A stretch of 64,000 nt of DNA, from NCBI RefSeq assembly GCF_009914755.1, contig NC_060942.1; one strand, 5' to 3'. The notes under the pieces are model-generated. The model ran no database searches. It was not told the origin of the DNA and saw only the letters and a program-made list of their open reading frames with translations. This DNA is from the human T2T-CHM13v2.0 reference genome, Homo sapiens. The position numbers and the translations under genes were made by a program. The stretch's first letter is position 1, and each line of letters opens with the position of its first letter. Shown here in pieces: positions 46,396 to 57,970 of the stretch.

Positions 46396-46609
46396 AAATG
46401 TTAGTACAAAAACAATAACACCAAGACTGCATTCAACTCCATGTTGGACTTTACTTTAGATGTTGGGTATTCACTCTTCCTGACTACCATTAGACTCACT
46501 CTGTGTTCTTTAGATTACGATAGACAGCCAGGGCCACAGTAAACTAGAGCAAAGGAAAACACTATTCAGATATGAGGAGGACTGCATTAGGAAGCACATC
46601 TGATAAAAC

Positions 46610-46840
46610 TGTATAACATGGTGACTATAGTTAAAATACTGTATTATGTATTATTGCATACTAGAAACTTGCTAAAGGATTAGCTCTTAAAGCATTCTTA
46701 TCAAAATAAAAATAAAGAGTAACATGAGGTGGTAGATGTGTTAATTCACTTGACTGTGGTAATCATTTCACAATGTATATGTATATCAAAACATCACATT
46801 CTACACTTTAAATATATACAATTTTATTTGTAAATTTTGC
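46610..46840 (+). mobile_element. L1MA-type 3' end fragment
   Basis: ACATGGTGACTATAGTTAA..TGTGGTAATCATTTCACAATGTATATGTATATCAAAACATCACATT. Confidence 0.8.
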
Positions 46841-46853
46841 TTAAGAAAAAAAA

Positions 46854-47152
46854 AGCCAGGTGCAGTAGCTCACATCCATAATCCTAGCATTTTGGGAGGC
46901 TGAGGCAGGTGGATTGATTGAGCCCAGGAGTTTAAGACCAGCCTGAGCAACACTGTGAAACCTCATCTTTATTTTAACAAAATGCAAAAATTATCTGTGC
47001 ATAGTGGTGCATGCCTGTAGTCCCAGCTACTCGGGATGCTGAGGTGGGAGGATCCTGAGCCTAGGAGGTCTACAGTGAGCTGTGATAACACCACTGAACT
47101 CCAACCTGGGTGACAGAGCAAAACTCTCCCTCAAAAAATAATATAAAATAAA
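46854..47152 (+). mobile_element. AluJ
   Basis: TTGAGCCCAGGAGTTT.AGACCAGCCTG; GAGGTGGGAGGATC..GAGCCTAGGAGGTC; A-rich tail. Confidence 0.9.
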
Positions 47153-47805
47153 CCCCTTCATCTGTAAAATGGGACTACAGAAACCCACCTGTGTAAAGTA
47201 GATTGTATACCCTCCAAAAGAGAATTGCCTAAGTCTGCTCCTCAGAGAGTGAGACGAGAAGAACTTGTAAATAAATTTTATTATAGCAGGTGCTGTTCAC
47301 AAATAGATGAAAATTAACTATCACGTGGAAATAGCTATTACCTCATTTAATTAATCAGAAATCTGCCTCTAAACTATTTAGATTATTCCTAAATACTAAG
47401 AAATAATTTGTAAAATAAAATTCAAAAACAGCTATAAGCAGCTTGATAAATGTTTAGATTCCATAAAATGAAACTCACACATTCATCTCACAATGACACA
47501 GGCTTTTGATCAACCTTGATAGCAGTACTTTCCAGGTTTTAAGTTCCTTTTCCTCCTTCTCATAGTTACTCAGGGGTGAGCCCCTACTGCTAAAGATGGT
47601 TTGCTCCAGCTGCCATAGAACATAGCCTGCTTCTTTTGAATGTATACAGTAGGAAAATGGTAATATCTACAACCATTTAATGATGATGTTATTGTCCTCA
47701 GGTTAAAGATGAAGAAATGGAGACTAACAGTGAATTTTCTTGCACAATGCAAGTAGTAAGCATCAGAACTAAAACTCAAATCTGGAGGTCAAAATTTAAA
47801 GACCT

Positions 47806-48192
<387 letters not shown>

Positions 48193-49090
48193 TTAAGTTG
48201 GCCTTTCCAGAAGAACAGGTCGCAAAGAAAGGCAAGGCATTATCCCCAGACTAATCAGGATCAATACCAGTCATTGAAACCTGACTCCAACATTACACTG
48301 CAGTCGGCTCTTCCCCCAATAGGCATTCTTCTTAAATAGGAGACTGAGGTCGGCCTGCCCAGCCATGCTTGACTCTGTTCTTTCCTAATTTGCATTTGGC
48401 ACAGGCTGTAGAAATAGAAGCCTATGATATGAACATAAAAGCAAATATATTTTCCCAGTTTAGTGGGTTAAGATGAAAGGATCAATTTTGCCTACTGCAA
48501 AACTATGTTCAGGGCTTGACCTTGTGCCTTAATTCTATTTACAAGAAAAGTATAGTTAGCGGTAGGCAGGAAAATCATGCTAATTTTGTTTTGTTTGGGC
48601 ATCCTGCTCTATGAACTTGGAGACTTACGTTCTTTTTCTGGGTAATATTTTCTAAGGACACTTTTGGACACTTGACCTTGTATCCAAGTGTCAATGCTAG
48701 TCCTATCAGAAATGTTGAATGCATTGTATACTCCAGCATGTCTCTAACCACATAGCACAATGTGAGAGAAGTGTCCCTAGGGCAGAAGAAAGAGTCACAT
48801 GTCCCTAGCATGTATGCCACAGGAGCCGGAGTTATGATCCCAGGGAGGTTGATGATTAGAAACTATTTCCTTTTATTTTTATTTTTATTATACTTTAAGT
48901 TCTAAGGTGCATGTACACAACGTGCAGGTTTATCACATAGGTATACATGTACCATGTTGGTTTACTGCACTCATCAACTCATCATTTACATTAGATATTT
49001 CTGCTAACACTATCCCTCGCCCAGCCCCCCAGCCCCCAACACGCCCCAATGTGTGATGTTCCCTGCCCTGTGTCCATGTGTTCTCATTGT

Positions 49091-52000
49091 TCAATTCCCA
49101 CTTGTGAATGAGAATATGTGTTTAGTTTTCTGTCCTTATGATATTTTGCTGAGAATGACGGTTTCCGGCTTCATCCACGGCCCTGAAAAGGACATGAACT
49201 CATCCTTTCATTATGGCTGCATAGCACTCCATGGTGTATATGTGCCACATTTTCTTTAACCAGTCTATTATTGGAGTTGGTTCCAAGTCTTTGCTATTGT
49301 GAATAGTGCTGCAATAAACATACATTTGCATATGCCTTTATAGTAGCATGATTTATAATCCTTTGGGTATGTACCCAGTCATGGGATTGCAGGGTCAAAT
49401 GGTATTTCTAGTTCTAGATGCTTGAGGAATTGCCACACTGTCTTCCACAATGGTTGAACTAATTTACACTGCCTCCAACAGTGTAAAAGGATTCCTATTT
49501 CTCCATATCCTCTCCAGCATCTGTTGTTTCAAGACTTTTTAATGATCGCCATTCTAACGGGCATGAGATGCTATCTCATTGTGGTTTTGATTTGCATTTT
49601 TCTGATGACCCGTGATGATGAGCATTTTTTCATATGTCTGTTGGCTGCATAAATGTCTTCTTTTGAGAAGCATCTGTTCATATCCTTGGCCCACTCTTTG
49701 ATGGGGTTGTTTTTTTCTTGTAAATTTGTTTAAGTTCTTTATAGATTCTGGATATTAGCACTTTGTCCGATGGATAGATTGCAAAAATTTTCTCCCATTC
49801 TGTAGGTTGCCTGTTCACTCTGATGATAGTTTCTTTTGCTGTGCAGCTCTTTAATTTAATTAGATCCCATTTGTCTATTTTGGCTTTTGTTGCCATTGCT
49901 TTTGGCATTTTATTCATGAAGTGTTTGCCCATGCCTCTGTCCTGAATGGTACTGCCTAAGTTTTCTTCTAGGGTTTTTATGGTTTTAGGTCTTACATTTA
50001 AGTCTTTAATCCATCTTGAACTAATTTTTGTATAAGGTGTAAGGAAGGGATCCAGTTTCATCTTTCTACATATGGCTAGCCAGTTTTCCCGGCACCATTT
50101 ATTAAATAGCGAATCCTTTCCCATTTCTTGTTTTTGTCAGGTTTGTCAACGATCAGATGGTTGTACATGTGTGGTGTTATTTCTGAGGGCTCTGTTCTGT
50201 TCCATGGGTCTATATATCTGTTTTGGTACCAGTACCATGCTGTTTTGGTTACTGTAGCCTTGTAGTATAGTTTGAAGTCAGGTAGTGTGATGCCTCCAGC
50301 TTTGTTCTTTTGCTAGGATTGTCTTGGCAATGCAGACTCTTTTTTGGTTCCATAAGAAATTTAAAGTAGGTTTTTCCAATTCTGTGAAGAAATTCAGTGG
50401 TAGCTTGATGGGGATAGCATTGAATCTATAAATTACCTTGGGCATTATGGCCATTTTCATGATATTAATTATTTCTATCCATGAGCATGGAATGTTCTTC
50501 CATTTGTGTGTGTCCTCTCCTATTTCGTTGAGCAGTGGTTTGTAGTTTTCCTTGAAGAGGTCCTTCACATACCTTGTAAGTTGTATTCCTAGGTATTTTA
50601 TTCTCTTTGTAGCAATTGTGAATGGGAGTACACTCATGATTTGCCTCTCTGTCTGTTCTTGGTGGATAGGAATGCTTGTTATTTTTGCACATTGATTTTG
50701 TATCCTGAGACTGCTGAAGTTGCTTATCAGTGTTAGGAGATTTTGTGCTGAGGCGGTGGCATTTTCTAAATATACAGTCATGTCATCTGCAAACAGAGAC
50801 AATTAGACTTCCTCTTCTCCTAATTGAATATCCTTTATTTCTTTCTCTTGCATGATTACCCTGGCAATACTACGTTGAATAGGAGTGGTGAGAGAGGGCA
50901 TCCTTGTCTTGTGCCAGTTTTGAAAGGGAATGCTTCCAGTTTTTGCTCATTCAGTATGATATTGCCTGTGGGTTTGTCATAAATAGCTCTTATTATTTTG
51001 AGATATGCTCCATCAATACCTAGTTTATTGAGATTTTTTTAGCATGAAAAGCTGTTGAATTTTATCAAAGGCCTTTTCTGCATCTATTGAGATAATCCAT
51101 GTGGTTTTGTCGTTGGTTCTATTTATGTGATGGATTACGTTTATTGATTTGCATATGTTGAACCAGCCTTGCATCCCAGGGATGAAGCTGAATTCATCAT
51201 GGTGGATAAGATTTTTGATGTGCTGCTGGATTTGGTTTGCCAGTATTTTACTGAGGATTTTTGTATCGATGTTCATCAGGGCTGTTGGCCTAAAATTCTC
51301 TTTTTTTGTTGTGTCTCTGCCGGGCTTTGGTATCATGATGATGCCGGCCTCATAAAATGAGTCAGGGAGTAGACCCTCTTTTTCTATTGATTGGAATAGT
51401 TTCAGAAGGAATGGTACCAGCTCCTCTTTGTACCTCTGGTAGAATTTGGCTGTGAATCCATCTGGTCCTGGACTTTTTTTTGGTTGGTAGGCTATCATTG
51501 CCTCAACTTCAGAACCTGTTTTTGGTCTATTCAGAGATTCAGTTTCTTCCTGGTTTAGTCTTCGGAGGGTGTCTGTGTCCAGGATTGTATCCATTTCTTC
51601 TAGATTTTCTAGTTTATTTGTGTAGAGGTGTTTATAGTATTCTCTGATGGTAGTTTGTATTTCTGTGATATCGGTGGTAATATCCCCTTTATCATTTTTA
51701 TTGAGTCTATTTGATTCTTTGCTCTTTTCTTCTATATTAATCTTGATAGTGGTCTATCTATTTTGTTAATCTTTTCAAAAGACCAGCTCCTGGATTCATT
51801 GGTTTTTTTTGAAGGGTTTTTTTGTCTGTATCTCCTTCAGTTCTGCTCTGATCTTAGTTATTTTTTGGTCTTCTGCCAGCTTTTGAACTTGTTCACTCTT
51901 GCTTCTCTAGTTCTCTTAATTGTTATGTTAGGGTGTTGATTTTAGATCTTTCCTGCTTTCTCTTGTGGCATTTAGTGCTACAAATTTCCCTCTACACACT

Positions 52001-52658
52001 GCTTTAAGTGTGTTCCAGAGATTCTGCTACATTGTGTCTTTGTTCTCGTTGGTTTAAAAGAACATCTTTATTTCTGCCTTCATTTCTTTATTTACCCAGT
52101 AATCATTCAGGAGCACGTTGTTCAGTTTCCATGTAGTTGAGCGGTTTTGAGTGAGTTTCTTAATCCTGAGTTCTAATTTGATTGCACTGTCATCTAAGAG
52201 ACAGTTTGTTGTGATTTCTGTTCTTTTACATTTGCTGAGGAGTGTTTTACTTCCAATTATGTGGTCAATTTTAGAATAAGTGTGATGAGGTGCTGAGAAG
52301 AATGTATATTCTGTTGATTTGGGGTGGAGAGTTCTGTAGATGTCTATTACGTCTGCTTGGTCCAGAGCTGAGTTCAAGTCCTGGATAGTCTTGTTAATTT
52401 TCTGTCTCATTGATCTATCTAATATTGACAGTGGGGTGTTAAAGTCTCCCATTATTGTGTGGGAGTCTAAGTCTCCTTGTAGGTCTCTAAGAACTTGCTT
52501 TATGAATCTGGATGCTCCTGAATTAGGTGCATGTATATTTAGAATAGTTAGCTCTTCTTGTTGAATTGATCATTTACCATTATATAATGGCCTTATTTGT
52601 CTGTTTTGTTCCTTGTTGGTTTAAATTCTGTTTTATTAGAGACCAGGATTGCAACCCC

Positions 52659-52701
<43 letters not shown>

Positions 52702-52902
52702 TTCCATTTGCCTGGTAGATCTTCCTCCATCCCTTTATTATGAGCCCATTTGTGTCTTTGCACATGAGATGGGTCTCCTGAATCAACACCCCAATGGGTC
52801 TTGACTCTTTATCCGATTTGACAAACTGTGTCTTTTAATTGGGGCTTTTAGCCCATTTACATTTAAGGTTAATATTGTTATGTGTGAATTTGATCCTGTC
52901 AT
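49091..52902 (-). pseudogene. L1 ORF2 (endonuclease/reverse transcriptase), disrupted
   Basis: Starts ATGACAGGATCAAATTCACAC; fragments [47 protein letters not shown] lie in different frames. Confidence 0.9.
52663..52698. repeat. T36 homopolymer inside L1 ORF2
   Basis: 36 consecutive T. Confidence 0.95.
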
Positions 52903-52965
52903 TATGATGCTAGCTGTTTATTTTGCCCATTAATTGATACAATTTCTTCATAGCATCAGTGGTCT

Positions 52966-53985
52966 TTACACTTTGGCATGTTTTTGCAGTGGCTGGTACC
53001 AGTTGTTCCTTTCTATGTTTAGTGCTTCCTTCAGGAGCTCTTGTAAGGCAAGCCTGGTGGTGACAAAAATCTCTCAGCATTTGTTTGTCTGTAAAGGATT
53101 TTATTTCTCCTTCATATATGGAAGCTTAGTTTGGCTGGATATGAAATTCTGGGTTGAAAATTATTTTCTTTAAGAATGAATACTGGCCCCCACTCTCTTC
53201 TGGCTTGTAGGGTTTCTGCCAAGAATCCGCTGTTAGTCTGATGGGCTTCCCTTTGTGGGTAACCCGAACTTTCTCTCTGGCTGCCCTTAACATTTTTTCC
53301 TTTATCTCAACCTTGGTGAATCTGACAATTATTTGTCTTGGGGTTGCTCTTCTCGAGGAGTATATTTGTGGTTTTCTCTGTATTTCCTGAATTTGAATGT
53401 TGGCCTGCCTTGCTAGGTTGGGGACGTTCTCCTGGATAATATCCTGAAGAATGTTTTCTAACTTGGTTCCATTCTCCCCATCCCTTTCAGGTACACCAAT
53501 CAAACGTAGATTTGGTCTTTTCACATAGTCCCATATTTCTTGGAGGCTTTGTTCATTTCTTTTCACTCTCTTTTCTCTAATCTTGTCTTCTTTCTTTATT
53601 TCATTAATTTGATCTTGAATCACTGATATCCTTTCTTCTGCTTGAGTGAATCAGCCACTGAAGCTTGTGTATGCTTCACGCAGTTCTTGTACTGTGGTTT
53701 TCAGCTCCATCAGGTCATTTAAGTTCTCTACACTGGTGATTCTAGCTAGCCATTTGTCTAACCTTTTTTCAAGGCTTTTAGCTTCCTTGCAATGAGTTCG
53801 AACATCCTCCTTTAGCTCGGAGAAGTTTGTTTTACTGACTTTCTGAAGCCTACTTCTGTCAACTTGTCAAACTCATTCTCTATCCAGTTTTGTTCCCTTC
53901 CTGGTGAGTAGTTGTGTTTTTTCAGAGGAGAAGAGGCATTCTGATTTTTGTAATTTTCAGCCTTTCTGCTCTGGTTTCTCCTCAT
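52966..53985 (-). pseudogene. L1 ORF1 (RNA-binding protein), disrupted
   Basis: Fragment EQSLQEIWDYVKRPNLRLIGVPE..RRATPRQIIVRF (53126-53623); frameshifted. Confidence 0.9.
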
Positions 53986-54584
53986 CTTTATGGTTTTATC
54001 TGCCTTTGGTCTTTGACGTTGGTGACCTACGGATGGGGTTTTGGTGTGGATGTCCTTTTTGTTGATGTCAGTGCTATTCCTTTCTGTTTATTAGTTTTCC
54101 TTCTAACAGGACCCTCACCTGCAGGTCTGTTGGAGTTTGCTGGAAGTCCACTCCAGACCCTGTTTTCCTGGGTATCACCAGTGGAGCCTGCAAAACAGCA
54201 AAGATTGCTGCCTGATCCTTCTTCTGGAAGCTTCGTTCCAGAGGGACACCCGCCTGTATGAGGTGTCTGTTGGCCCCTACTGAGAGGTGTCTCCCAGTCA
54301 GGCTACAACAGGGGTCAGAGACCCACTTGAGGAGGCAGTCTGTCCATTATCGGAGCTCGAACACCGTGTTGGAAGAACCACTGCTCTCGTCAGAGCTGTC
54401 AGGCAGGAACATATAAGTCTGCAGAAGCTGTCTGCTGCCTTTTGTTCAAATATGCCTTGTCCCCAGAGGTGGAATCTAGAGAGGCAGTAGGCCTTGCTGA
54501 GCTACAGTGGGCTACGCCCAGTTTGAGCTTCCCTGCCGCTTTGTTTACACTGTGAGCATAGAACCGCCTACTCAAGCCTCAGCA

Positions 54585-54725
54585 ATGGCAGAAGGCCCTC
54601 CCCTGACCAAGCTCCAGCATCCCAGGTTGATCTCAGACTGCTGAGCTAGCAGCAAGCAGGGCCCCGTGGTCATGGGACCCACCGAGCCAGGCATGAGAGG
54701 GAATCTCCTTGTCTGCCAGTTGTGA
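54585..54725 (+). pseudogene. L1 antisense ORF0 homolog, prematurely terminated
   Basis: GCAATGG context; MAEGPPLTKLQHPRLISDC*ASSKQGPVVMGPTEPG aligns with recalled ORF0 MAGAPPPASLPPCSLISDCCASNQRDSVGVGPSEPG. Confidence 0.7.
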
Positions 54726-55017
54726 AGACTATGGGAAAACCATGGGAAAAATTTGGGCAGGAGTGCACCATTCCTCCAAGTACAGTCACTCATAGCTTCC
54801 CTTGGCTCGGAAAGGGAAATCCCCCAAATCCCCCAACTCCTTGTGCTTCCTGGGTGATGTGATGCCCCTCCCTGCTTTGGCTCACCATCCATGAGCTGCA
54901 CCCACTGTTCAACCAGTCCCAATGAGATGAACCAGGTACCTCAGCTGGAAATGCAGAAATCACCCTTCTTCTGCATTGATCTCACTGGGAGCTACAGACC
55001 AGAGCTGTTCCTATTCA

Positions 55018-55026
55018 GCCATCTTG
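55018..55026 (-). promoter_or_regulatory. YY1 core motif at L1 5' end
   Basis: CAAGATGGC on the minus strand about 12-20 nt from the L1 start. Confidence 0.7.
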
Positions 55027-57549
55027 AAAGTGACTCCAGAAACTATTTCATATATCCATATCCATACCTGTTATGGACCAGATACGTGAGCTCTCATATG
55101 GGTATGGTCAGAAGAAGGGAAAGAAGAAGAGAAAATTCACAAAAGAGTGTGTATGTTAAGGTCATGGCTTTGAAATGGCAGAGTACAAATTGTGGGAGGC
55201 TTAAAAAGTAAGTAAGCCTCATTTCCAAATTTTTTATTTGTCCCAAAAAGCATAATAAGGCTGGGATAGATACATGAAAATGATAACAAGTAGCCATGAA
55301 TTGGGAAGAAACATTCAGCCAGTTTTCTGTAACACAGGATAACGTTGTCCAAAATTCCAACTTAAAAAAACTTTTATTATCCAGGGAAAATGTTCAAATT
55401 ACAAATAGCATCATTGTCACTTTTTTGTGTGAAATTTTTACTTCCTGAATTCACATACGTCCTGAAATCTCTACTTTTTGGCAAATACACAAAAGAAATT
55501 AGTGGTAACTCTGTCTCAAGAGCAATAATGAATGGAGTGAGGGTTACTGGTGGAGCTGTTGGTTCTAGGAAGGGGTTAAGGCAGCATGTGAATGCCTGGC
55601 TGCCTATTTCCATCTGTTCAGTTGGGACCAGAACAGACCAGGAGTTGTCTCTCCTCCAACCCCACATGGCAAGCACCTACATTTGGGCCCTCTTCAGTCT
55701 TGTCTCATCCTTTCTCCTCTGGAACTTGCCCATTGTGTTATTTTGCATCCCCCTTCTTCCTGCTCATCTGATATCTGTTCCTCTCCTGCCTGTTTCTTAT
55801 CCCTTTCAGCACTGCCCTTAAAGATGGCAGTTCTAGCATTGGGCAGTTTCCCCCAAGCGCCAAGTTCGTACTTCTATGCTACTGAAAATATCTCAACCTT
55901 TCAAGTAGATGGATTCATCACTTCCAACTCACTGTGTGCTATCATGAGCTGATAATCTAGTGCTGTTATGTTCTTCCCTGTGGTCTTATGTGCCACACCT
56001 AAGTATTTTTGCCTGGGCTTCATTCCTCACTCATATGTAGAGGAAGTAATGGTTACTTTGTCAGCCTTAATTGACCCCCCGGTAGTGACAGAGAATCCAA
56101 TTTGATGTACGAATGCATGTGTGTTTCTATTTACTCATTCAACAAATATTTATAAAGTGTTTATCCTGTGAAAATGATTAGAAAGTAGAAAAACTCTATG
56201 AATATTGTGATTCTTCAATTAAGTGTAGGGCTGTGGGTAGGAAATCTAATCTACCTCACCAGTGTGTGTGTGTTTATTTGTTTTGTCCTCTTATGAAACA
56301 AATTATTGATAAGTGGATTAAACTTCACTTTTCCTGTAGTGTTGATACCACATTCACACTTGCATGAGCAAGAATAATTATTCTTTACCTTTCAAAAACC
56401 TTGGGAAAAAAACCTATGGAAAAAGGCAGAGAGTGAAAAGGAAGTAGGTGCAAACAAACTGGGTTTTCAATGGTGGAAAAGATCACTTCACTCCCCATGG
56501 AAAATAAAGCTCTATAATTATAGCACTCCATACTACCACCATCCTAAGACTACCAATCCAGACTGCAAGCATTCCCAATGCTGAAAATGCCTCTAATGGA
56601 CAGATACTTCTGAGAATTGCAAAGAGCCACCCTATCTTGCAATTAAAGGATTGACAGAGCATGTTGAACTTAATACTAAGAATGCTAAACATCCTTGAGT
56701 CCTCCCTCATGGTGGGGGAAAGTACTTCTCCCTGCCTGCTGACATCCACATGGCTGAGGATTGTATGCATGGAGGGAGCCTTAGAGCTTCCTTACTCCAT
56801 ATGCATTAGTCACACTGGGCACAGTTCTGTCATTAGTGGCTCATTCTCATTCTGAGGCCAAATTCTCCCATCAGGTATTTGCCAGTGCTGCCAATCAATT
56901 TCCATACCCTTCTCTCAAAATCAATGGGTGAGAGAATCATAAATATTCAAGGGAAGAAAATGAGCAAGCACAGGGGTAGTCAAGGCCACCTGTGGCTCCA
57001 AGAGAGCAATGAAAATTTCTCACAGATGGACAATTTTAACAAACTTTGCATAGAAAGCTAGATCCTGCTAGCATATTGTCTGAAAGACATTGGAGTTAGA
57101 TACTAGTAAAGGCCTTGTTAGGCCAGAATTAAGAATATGTTACTAAAAACATAGAATTTTCTTTTCCTGCAACCCATTAAAATCTAGCAATTGGGAGTGA
57201 CAAAGTGTGTAGGATAATTTAATGCAGACACTTGCTGAACTATTTATGCTCCAGAGCCTGTGCAGGCAAAAGGGAGTTGTTTGGCAGGGAGGTTTGAAGC
57301 ATCTCATAGGTCAGTCAGAAGTTCCAAATGCCAAATGCTGAACTTGGAGGCTGTTTCCAGGGATGTCTTTATTTTCTGAGCTTTACAATCCATGGACACA
57401 TAAGTGTGGGTACAAATACATTAGTGAAACTTCCACTAAAATTGGATTACTTCATGAGAAATCAAGGTGCTGCCAACAGTAATGCTTTACTCTGGCTTTC
57501 AACAAAGCCACACCCACCTCTGTTCCCTCCCAAATTGTCAAAGCAACAG

Positions 57550-57760
57550 GATAAACACTGCAGTTCAGTGGTCTGCCAGACCCAGGTTCAAATCTCAGCT
57601 CAGCCACTTAACAGTTTCTGACCTAGGACATATCATTGAACTTTTTGGTCAAGTAATGTAATACCAATTTCTATCTTGTTGGATTCTTAAGAGGATTTAA
57701 TTAAATAATACATGTAAAGCACTTGTTAAAATTCCTGCTATATACATGCATAAAAATACT
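57550..57760 (+). mobile_element. MIR SINE
   Basis: CCAGACCCAGGTTCAAATCTCAGCTCAGCCACTTA..TAATACATGTAAAGCACTT. Confidence 0.7.
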
Positions 57761-57819
57761 TACATTATCTCAAGTATTATTTTTCATATAATTGATAATT
57801 GTTGCATTTTTAGCATTTT

Positions 57820-57866
57820 TTTTAGCCAGCGGTGAACTTGAGTGATAAGTTCACCACTGGCTAAAA
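57820..57866. other. Inverted repeat, 20-bp arms (1 mismatch), 7-nt loop
   Basis: TTTTAGCCAGCGGTGAACTT - GAGTGAT - AAGTTCACCACTGGCTAAAA. Confidence 0.92.
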
Positions 57867-57877
57867 CATGGAAAAAT

Positions 57878-57970
57878 TGTGTGTTTGTGTGCGTATACAC
57901 ACACATATATAGTATTTATATACACATATAAGGTATATATACATATACATGGTGTATATATACATATATA
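57878..57970. repeat. TG/CA/TA low-complexity tract
   Basis: Alternating purine-pyrimidine runs. Confidence 0.75.

Larger units (their letters stand above)
48870..55037 (-). mobile_element. Full-length LINE-1 (L1PA6-like), inactive
   Basis: 5' UTR, ORF1, ORF2 and 3' UTR all present; perfect 12-bp TSD AGAAACTATTTC (48858-48869 / 55038-55049); 3' UTR CCCAGCCCCCCA variant. Confidence 0.95.

Noticed and set aside
49091-53985. Possible active L1
   Set aside because: ORF1 and ORF2 are broken into several frames by stops, frameshifts and the T36 expansion.
55390-55821. 143-aa ORF in unique sequence next to the L1 5' end
   Set aside because: No recognisable domain or splice support; overlapping ORFs on both strands suggest chance.
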